Origin: the human T2T-CHM13v2.0 reference genome, Homo sapiens | Assembly: GCF_009914755.1 (NCBI RefSeq) | Contig: NC_060927.1 | DNA: 64,000 nt | Direction: 5' to 3' (one strand) | Shown here: positions 55,328-64,000 of the stretch, in pieces | How the letters are laid out: every line of letters starts with the position of its first letter | Position numbering within the stretch: the stretch's first letter is position 1 | The notes under the pieces: model-generated | Told to the model about the DNA's origin: nothing | Databases searched by the model: none | Seen by the model: only the letters and a program-made list of their open reading frames with translations | Position numbers and translations under genes: made by a program

Positions 55328-55805
55328 TTTTATTTATTTATTTATTTATTTTTAATTTATTTTTTTTATTATACTTTAAGTTTTAGGGTACATGTGCACA
55401 TTGTGCAGGTTAGTTACATATGTATACATGTGCCATGTTGGTGCGCTGCACCCACTAATTTGTCATCTAGCATTAGGTATATCTCCCGATGCTATCCCTC
55501 CCCACTCCCCCCACCCCACAACAGTCCCCAGAGTGTGATATTCCCCTTCCTGTGTCCATGTGATCTCATTGTTCAATTCCCACCTATGAGTGAGAATATG
55601 CGGTGTTTGGTTTTTTGTTCTTGCAATAGCTCACTGAGAATGATGATTTCCAATTTCATCCATGTCCCTACAAAGGACATGAACTCATCATTTTTTATGG
55701 CTGCATAGTATTCCATGGTGTATATGTGCCACATTTTCTTAATCCAGTCTCATTGTTGGACATTTGGGTTGGTTCCAAGTCTTTGCTATTGTGAATAATG
55801 CCGCA
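55328..55805 (-). mobile_element. Young 5'-truncated L1 (L1PA2/L1HS-like) inside a MIR
   Basis: Young diagnostics on the element strand (gagatcacatgg, gaatatcac, gctagatgac, gcagcgcac); TSD agagaagttct (55317-55327 / 55806-55816). Confidence 0.93.
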
Positions 55806-56084
55806 AGAGAAGTTCTGACTTGACCACGGTCACTCAAGTAGGAAGTGACAGATCTAGTATTCAAATCTAACTTTTTCTGAGTCTAAAGCCTGTTCCCTGA
55901 AGCCCTTACTCTTTATTATTTTTTAAAATTAGAGTGCATTATCATTAATCTAAAGTAAGGGTTGTGAGGAACATAATTTAGACCCATCATGGATCTTGCA
56001 GGGTTTTGACGATCTCACTATAACCATCATTTATCTTTCCATAAGCATGATCTAGTGCCTTAGTACTCAAAGTAACATTACCTA

Positions 56085-56394
56085 GGCTGGGCGTGGTTGC
56101 TCACGCCTGTAATCCCAGCACTTTGGGAGGCCAAGGTGGGAGGATCGCTTAACCCCAGGAGTTTGAGATCAGCCCAGCAACATAGGGAGACCCCGTCTTT
56201 CCAAAAAAAAAAATTTTTTTTTTTAATTAACTGGGCATTGTGGCATGTGCCTGTGATCCCAGCTACTAGGAGGCTGAGGTGGGAAGATTGCTTGAGCCCA
56301 GGAAGTTGAGGCTGCAGTGAGCTGTGATCATGCCACTAAACTTCAGCCTGGGTGAAGGAGCAAGACCTTGCCTCAAAACAAAACAAAACAAAAC
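56085..56394 (+). mobile_element. AluJ
   Basis: Alu body with (CAAAA)n tail. Confidence 0.9.
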
Positions 56395-56426
56395 CATTGC
56401 TTGGGAATGTTGGAAATGTTTAATCT

Positions 56427-56713
56427 AGTCCAGGCGTAATGGCTCACACTTGTAATCCCAACACTTTGGGAGGCCTAGGTGGGAGGATGGCTTGAGCCCA
56501 GGAGTTCAAGACCAGCCCGGGCAACAAAATGCGATCCCGTCTCTACCAAAAATAAAAGTAAAAAATTAGCCAGGCATGGCAGCATGCGCCTGTAGTACCA
56601 GCTACTCCGGAGGCTGAGGTGGAAGTATCACTTAAGCCCAGGAGATCAAGGTCACGTCACGGGACATTTCTTGGAGTACAGAGTGAGACTCTGTCTTTTT
56701 TTTAAAAAAAAGA
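56427..56713 (+). mobile_element. AluJ with a locally replaced 3' segment, inside a MER5-like element
   Basis: Alu body; non-Alu patch 'gtcacgtcacgggacatttcttggagt'; TSD-like aaatgtttaa / aactgtttaa. Confidence 0.85.
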
Positions 56714-59117
56714 ACTGTTTAACCCTGGGCCCATCCCAGATCCAAAGAATCTTGGGCCCAATTTTGATGAGTCTAGACTAATCTAGAAGCTAGGATCTGC
56801 CTTTTATCAAAATACTGGGTGATTCAAATGCACTTTAAACATTTGAGAAGCATGGTTATAATACATGTTCTTAGATTAGTTCAGTTTGGTGATCCACCAA
56901 TGATTTTTACATTGTCAAAGCACACAGCTCAGGATGGAATGACGTGGTCCCCAAATGTGAGGTTGCTGACCTGGGAGTCAGGAATCTGTCTTCGTAGTCC
57001 TGCTCTTGTGTGATAATGCAGCAAGTCACTTAATCTGAATCCTATTTTATTCATATATGAAATGAATAATTTGCTTAAATCTCAATTTTGCATTTAAGTA
57101 CATTTACCTCACAGATACCACATCAGCTGTATCACACATTTTTTTAAACGTAGAACTTTTATTCTTGTAATTTTGAAATTTCTATCATTATTTTATCTTA
57201 GCCCACAAATTATTTAAGAAGACATTTCACCACAACTCATTTTAACTGTCCTTTTCATTGCACTGAAATTCTTTTTTTTTTTTTTTTTTTGGTGGGTGTG
57301 ACCTGCAAGAGTGGGATGTTTTTAAAATGTTCCATTCCTCTGTAAAAGAATGTAGATATTTAATTTTGGGAGTAGTGATTCTAGAAATATGTCTGTTAAA
57401 CCAACCTTGTTAATTTTATTAATCAGATACTCTAAATCTTTTTAACCTTTTTCTCTGCTGTCTTAGGGAAAGAGCCTTCAATATTACACCAATAAGCATG
57501 ATATTATATATAGATTTTTTTGGTACGTGTCCTTCATCAAGTTGAGGAAACTTTCTTCTATTACTAGTTTTCTAAAAGTTTTCTCTATGAATGGATGTCA
57601 TATTTTGTCAAATGCTTTTCTTACATCTATTGAAAATGATCGTATGATTGTCTTCTTATTCTTTTTTAATGTGGTGAAGTACGTTGTTATGCTAGCATCC
57701 TGCTGGCGTAAACCCTAGTTGGTTATGGGTATTATCTTTTTTGCACATTGATGGAACTGATTTGCCAGTTTTTCTATTAAGGATTTTTACATCTCTTTTC
57801 TCGAGGAATACTGGTTTGGTATCATTATAGCAGCCTCATAAAATGAGTTGGGAACTGTTTCCTCCTCTATTTGCTGAAAGAATTTTCTTAGAAGTTGTAT
57901 GATTTCTTCCTTAAATATTTGATAAAATTGGTGAAGCCATCTGGACTGGGAAATTCTTTGGGGTAAGGCTTATGTTTTGTTTTGTAAATCAAGGAAAATT
58001 ATGTATTTTTAAATGATCAGATATATAATTTTTATATTTCCATTACTGCATTCATCACATTGTGTATATTGTTGAGTTGGTTAGCTTAGCTTATTGGATT
58101 ATGGTTTATACTTCTGAACACATCTGGGAATTTTTCATCTATTCTTGAAATATTCAAATATTTTTCCACTACCACTGTCTCCTCCCAAGAGTTCAATTAC
58201 ATGTATGCTAGACCACTTGATATTGAAATTGTCCCACAGGTTCCTGAGGTAGTATTCACTTTTTCAGCCTTTCATTTTAGCTCTTGAAATTCCATTTGGT
58301 ACTTTTCAGTAGCTTCCATTTATATCATTATGTTTACATTTTCTTTAAATCCTTCAACATGCTTACAGTAGCAGTTTTAAAGTCCTCATTTGCTAATTGC
58401 ATTATCTGTCATTTCCAAGTCTATTTTTAGGAACTACTTTTTCTTTTGGTTAGGACTTGTGGGTTATTTAGTAATATGCTTATTTTCTAAACATTTGAGG
58501 ATTTTCTGGGTGTCTTACAATTTCTAATTTAATCCTTTTGTGATCATAGAACATACTTTGTGTGATTTCATCCTTTTAAACTTATTAGCTCAAGATGTGG
58601 TCCATTTCAGTGACTGTTCCATGTGTATTTGAGAAGCATGTGTTTCCTGCTGTTGTTAGATGTAGTGTTGTATACATGTCATTTGGGTCACGTTGGATGA
58701 TAATACTGTTCAAATCTTCCATATCCTTGTTGATTTTTTTGTCTACTTGTTCTATCAATATTTTGAGAGCAGATCAAAGTATTTGACTGTGATTGTGGAT
58801 TTATTTATATTCCTCTTTAGTCTCAGATTTGCTTTATGTATTTAGGAGTTTTATTATAAGTACCTATACATTTAGAATTGTTATTCTTGAATAATTGTCC
58901 CGTTTATGATTATGAACTGCCCCTCTTTATATCTGGTCTTATTTTTTGCCTTGAATTCTTCTTTAACTAATATTAATATAGCTACACCAGCTTTTTTATA
59001 CTTAGCATTTGCACAATATATCTTTTTCCTTTTTTCCCCAAATTTTTGTGTCTTCGTATTTAAAAGCTATTTCTTATTAATAACACGAAGTTAGGACTTT
59101 GCCTTCTCATTGGGGAG

Positions 59118-59596
59118 TGTGATAGGAAGAATAATGGCCCCCCAAAGATTTCTACCTTCTAGTACCTGGAGCCTGTGCATGTTTTCTCTCACATGGCAAA
59201 AGGAACTTTGCAGGTGTGATTAAGTTAAGGATATGTGATGGGGAGGTTATCCTTTGTTATCCAGGTGGGTTCAGTGTAATGTCAAGGTCCTTATGAGGGA
59301 AGGGGGAAGGCAGGAGAGACAGAAAAGAAGATATGATAAGGGTAGCAGAAGTCAGTGTGATGTGAGGCCATGAGCCAAGGAATGGGGGTAGCCGCTAGCT
59401 AGAACTGGAAAAGGTAAGGAAATAGATTCTTCTCTAGAACCCCCCTGATAGGTACAGCCCTGCCACTAGCATGATTGTAGTCAAATAAGACCTGTTTGAG
59501 ACTTCTGACCTTTAGAATGGTAAGAGAAGACGTTTATATTGCTTTAAGCCACTAAGTTTCTGGTAATTTCATACCATAGCAACAGGAACTAATACA
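59118..59596 (+). mobile_element. MLT1D-like solo LTR
   Basis: 'tgtgataggaagaataatggccccccaaagat' through 'catagcaacaggaactaataca'. Confidence 0.85.
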
Positions 59597-60267
59597 AGGG
59601 CTAAGTTGGTTTATATTTGATGTAATTTCTGATGTGACTATTTAAGTCAGCCATCTTGATGTTTGATTTCTGTTTGTTTCATCTGTTCTTTGTTCCTCTT
59701 TGCTTCTTTCTTGCAGGTTTGTTTTTGGTGGGGGAGAGTGGGGATGAGTCAATATATTTAGAATTCTGTGATCTCCTCTATTGACTATTTGTGCTTTTTA
59801 GATTACTTTTTTAGGGTTGCTCTAGAAATTATTTTTCAAAAACATAATCTACGTTCAAAAATATCCCATTACTTAAGGAATTATTTAAGAATTTTATAAA
59901 AGCTTCCTGCTTGGAATTTTTCTGAGCTTCTCAGATTTGTTGTCTCAGACTTAGTTGTCGTCAATCAACTCCAGAGAATTCTTGGCCATATATTTTATTT
60001 CTTTTGCCCCACTTTTCTCTTCTACTGGGACTCCAATTAAATATATGCTTTGGATATTTAATATTGTTCTGTTAATCTTGGGGGCCCTGTTCCATTTCAT
60101 TTTTCATTCTTTTGTCTGTTTGTGTTTTAATTTAGATAATTTATAATGCCTTGTTTTCAAGTTCACTGATTTTTGCTCCGTCCAATATGCTAATAAACCC
60201 ATGAATTCATGCCATATCATGCTAGAAATGGATTTCTAGCATTTCCATTTGGTTCTGTTTTATAGTT

Positions 60268-61097
60268 TCCGGTGGTGTCAGTGAAACTGGTAGAATAAGG
60301 GTCTCTAAAAATCCTCTTTCATAAAAGCAATGAAAAAACTGGCAAAACTAGTCAGAATCTATTTTTTCAGAACTCTGAAAATTGATCAAAGGCTTGCAGC
60401 AATCCAGGAGCATTTGTTCAAGAAAAAATGAATGACTCTGAGTAAGAAAAGTGAGCTTTGTGCCATTTTAATTTATCATGTCCCATCCCTGTTTCCCCTG
60501 CAGCACCACAGTAGCCCTGAAAACCTGTAGTCCACAGGCACAGTGCAGACTTGCAGCCTGCCAGCCACCAGAAGGGGCAGAAAAAGGTTGGACCTCCTTC
60601 AAAGCCCCATTCCCAGAAAAATGTCATTATTTTTCCTGTCTGGTGATTCCCTGAAAGAGACCCCACTTATAAGGCCGTCTTTATACAACCTGACTCAGAG
60701 GTTGCCCAGTGCTAACAGCTTTTTCCCAGAGGACATTTGTCAAAAACAAGCAGAGGCAATTGTTGAATATTATAGCTGCCTGGGGAGGTAGATAACAATT
60801 TGGGCAAACAATAGGGTAACCTGAAAGCTTAAAAAGAAAAGCTAGGGAATGAGGTGGCCATAGGAGGCTTTGAAAAGCTCATATACTATTCCTGGGATTT
60901 TAAAAGACCAAGACTATGTATGTGGCTTTGCACAATATTTCAAAGGGATCCACACTTAAGTACTTCACAATCAAGCTGTCAAAAGGCAAAGTCAAAGAAA
61001 AGATTTTGGAAATAGCAAGAGAGAAGTGACTCATCATCTACAAGGAATCCTGAATAATATAAAAGACTGATTTCTCATCATGAACAATGGAGGCAAG
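60268..61097 (+). mobile_element. Sense L1M 5' UTR/ORF1 fragment inserted in the antisense L1ME
   Basis: ORF1-like text at 60950-61097 (gcaagagagaag...gatttctcatca..acaatggaggc); flanked by atagttt on both sides. Confidence 0.6.
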
Positions 61098-61524
61098 ATA
61101 GTTTTATCACTCTGTGGAAATTCTCTATATCTTCACACGTGATATTTACCTTTTTCTACTAGGTTCTTTAACATATTAATCATAGTTATTTAAAGTCCCT
61201 TTGTATTAATTCCAGTCTGGGCCATTAATGTGTCTGGTTCCAGTATTTTATCTCTATATGGAGGGTCATTATTTTCGCACGTACACGTGTTTGTGTGTGT
61301 GTATGTGTATGTGTATTTTTAAAGTTTTGATTTAATGCTCAACATTTTGTGTAAACAAAATAAAACAGTAGACAGTCCACTATATATTTATGTCCAGTAA
61401 AGGATTTCTTTTCTTCTGTAAGACCATTAGTATGGGGGCTTGGGTTTCTTCTAAGTAGCAAGTCGTTAGGGTTTTTTTCCTTTCTTTTATCCAAATTGAT
61501 AATCATTTTTCTTTTAAGGGTGAG

Positions 61525-62120
61525 ATTAATCAGTTCATATATTAGTTAACAGTTACTAAGTAACAAATTACAAAATGTAGTGACTTAAACATTTATTATC
61601 TTGTGGTTTCTATGGGTCAGGGATCTGGGCCTGGCTTAGCTGGGTGCCTCTGCCCTAAGGTCTTGTAGTCAAGGTATCTGCCGGGGCTGCTATCTCATTT
61701 GAAGGCTCCACTGGGGGAGGGTCTGCTTCCAAGCTCACTCATGTGACTGTGAGCAGGAGTCAGTTCCTTGAGGACTGATGGACTGAGGGCCTCCGGTCCT
61801 CACTGGCTGTTGTTCAGTGGCCACCCTCAGTGTCTTACTATGTAATTTTGGCCTTCTGAGACCTGTCTTCACAGTGGTAGTGGACGCAGCTCATAAAATG
61901 GAAGCTTGCCTCATCAGTGTGAACAAGGAAAAGAGTATGAGCAAGACAGAAATCACTGTCTTTTAAAACTAAATCTTGGAAGTGACATCCCATCACTTTG
62001 CCATATTCTATTTATTAATAATGAGTCTCAAGTTCCAGCCTACACTCAAGAGGAGATCCCACAGGGGCATGAGGCCTAGGAGGTGGAGATCATCAGGGGC
62101 CATCTTGGAGGCCCCCTTCG
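61525..62120 (-). mobile_element. MLT1F-like LTR
   Basis: 'gtaacaaattacaaaatgtagtgacttaaac...tgcttccaagctcactcatgtg...ggggccatcttggagg'. Confidence 0.78.
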
Positions 62121-62444
62121 TGTGCTTTTTGTGGTAACCAATTTACTTACACTTATTTCTATAATTTTATTTGGTCTTTTCTGTTTACCATTCTCTCCCT
62201 CTCTCTCCTCTCCCCCTTTCCCACTTTCCCTAAGTCACCCCTACCAGTGTCTTTCTCCTTCCCCTCGCCCACCTCCCATCCTCTCACCTGCCTTCTACTC
62301 TGGCTTCCGTCCTCCTTCCCCTCTCTTACCCCCTTGTCCTCTCCAGTCTTTCCTTCCTCATCTTCTGAAACAGCTGTTAGACACATTCTGGACCATCAGT
62401 CTGTCTTCCACAGTTCTTAGCTTTTATCAGACTTTTTATCTTTG

Positions 62445-62684
62445 GGTTTGTTATTTTTGAGACAGAGTCTTACTCTCTTCTCCAGGCTGGAGTGCAGTGA
62501 TGCGATCATAACTCACCGCAGCCTCAAACTCCAGGGACCAAAAAATCCTCCTGCCTCAGCCTCTCAAGTAGCGGGCATGTGCCACCATAGCCAACTAACT
62601 TTTTATTTTTATTTTTTGTGAAGATGGAGTCTTGCTTTGTTGCCCAGTCTGGTCTCCAGCTCCTGGACTCAAGCAATCCTCCCG
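62445..62684 (-). mobile_element. 5'-truncated AluJ
   Basis: Perfect TSD gactttttatctttg (62430 / 62685). Confidence 0.9.
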
Positions 62685-64000
62685 ACTTTTTATCTTTGTC
62701 TTCTATTACTACATTCTTGCTCAAATCTCTGTACTTCATTTCAGTTTGATAATTTTTCCCTTGTTGTTCTCAGCTTAGAGTTTGTCTTATCCATTTCATT
62801 TTTTATTTTGTAGATTTTAAATGTATAATCTTTACCTATTTGGTGGTTAGCCTGTTTCAGGTTCATAATTTCTTTTTTGTAAATCAGAAGTTACTTCGTT
62901 TTACCTTTCTGAGCAACTTAAACATGCATATTTAAAATTATTCATCAATTGGAGATTGTAATGCTAGCTGGATATCTGATGATGTTAAAGAATTCATGTT
63001 AAATTATTTTTGGTATGCAATAGTACTATGGTTGTGTTTTAGAAATTAAAAGTCCTTATTTTTTAGAGCAACATATTGAAGCTATGTAGATGAAGAGATC
63101 TGTAAGAAACCTGGGGGTGGAGAAGGTAGAGGGTAGAGATGAAAGAAGATCTCTTTAGTTTCTAATTGTTGAAGCTTGCTGATGGCTATCTGGGGTTTTA
63201 TTGTATTCTTTCTTGTGTTTAAATTTTTGCATAATAAAAAGTTTTTTGAAATCCTTTGTCATATTGTCCTATAAAATTAATGTCATCTGGAGTGAATTCA
63301 TATTTCAGTTACTGCTTTTATTGGTAGCCTTTTTAGAAATTCTATTTCTTCCCATATTTGAGATTCAGTTTATAGGTTCATTTGGAGTGGAAAGTTCACT
63401 ATTTCTATTGTCACCTACACCTGCACCTCAGTGCAGGACGAGGTCTGATTTTGGCCTTCTGAGGCCTGTCTCCACAGTGGTCCTGGTGATATTGCAGAGC
63501 CAGGAACTGAGTGACTAGGTTCATTTGTGGTCCAGGGGCGGGATCTGTAGCTTCCAGGCTTTCTAGGTTTAAGTAAACTGAAAACCCTGGCCCTCAGTGG
63601 AGGTCTTCAGAAGTTTTTTATATCAGCTTCTTATTTTAGGGAGATCCCTAGGCTGCAGGTCGCCAGCCTGGCTTCAGGCCCCCGCTTGTGCGGAATGTGG
63701 TTTATTCTGACCCTGCACGATAAAGAGGGTTCCTGACTGCCTCTGCCTGCTCCAGACTTGGAGCCAGCAGGCCTGTGGCTTCAGCCTCACCCACTGCTTT
63801 GCATTTCTGTTTGGTATTGGACACTTTAATCTTGTTTTTGAACTTGTCCGTGTCTTTTTGTCATCTGTTCTATATTTTATCTGCCAGTGCTATGTGTTTG
63901 GAGTAGGGTAGAGGCATCAAAGTGTGAACTCACTGTGTTGTGTTGACTGGAGGAGGTCCTTGACCAAATCATGCAGATTCCCTCAATTCTCTATTCAAAG

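Larger units (their letters stand above)
57130..63960 (-). mobile_element. Composite old L1ME-like region with nested insertions
   Basis: Degenerate antisense L1 ORF2/ORF1 text throughout. Confidence 0.6.

Overview
This is non-coding, repeat-dense primate DNA. A near-consensus AluYa8 indicates it is human, and it is most likely a large intron. Most L1 fragments lie on the minus strand, which weakly suggests a + strand host transcript. I recognise no cellular protein-coding exon: the long ORFs are broken LINE-1 ORF1/ORF2 pieces, a decayed HSMAR2 mariner transposase, Alu read-throughs or chance ORFs. The notable structure is repeated evidence of recombination between inverted repeats at three scales. 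(1) Two near-full-length, head-to-head L1s of different subfamilies (271-6069 minus; 15527-21665 plus) flank a 9.5-kb spacer and share private mutations in patches, which points to gene conversion or inversion toggling. (2) A tail-to-tail Alu pair (38735-39339) has swapped target-site duplications (TSDs) and reciprocal subfamily chimerism, the mark of a completed micro-inversion. (3) An L2-like inverted repeat (41389-41544 / 42351-42505) is about 85% identical, with mismatches skewed toward G-U wobble on the + strand. Repeat subfamily names come from recalled consensus features rather than a RepeatMasker run, and boundaries of old repeats are approximate.
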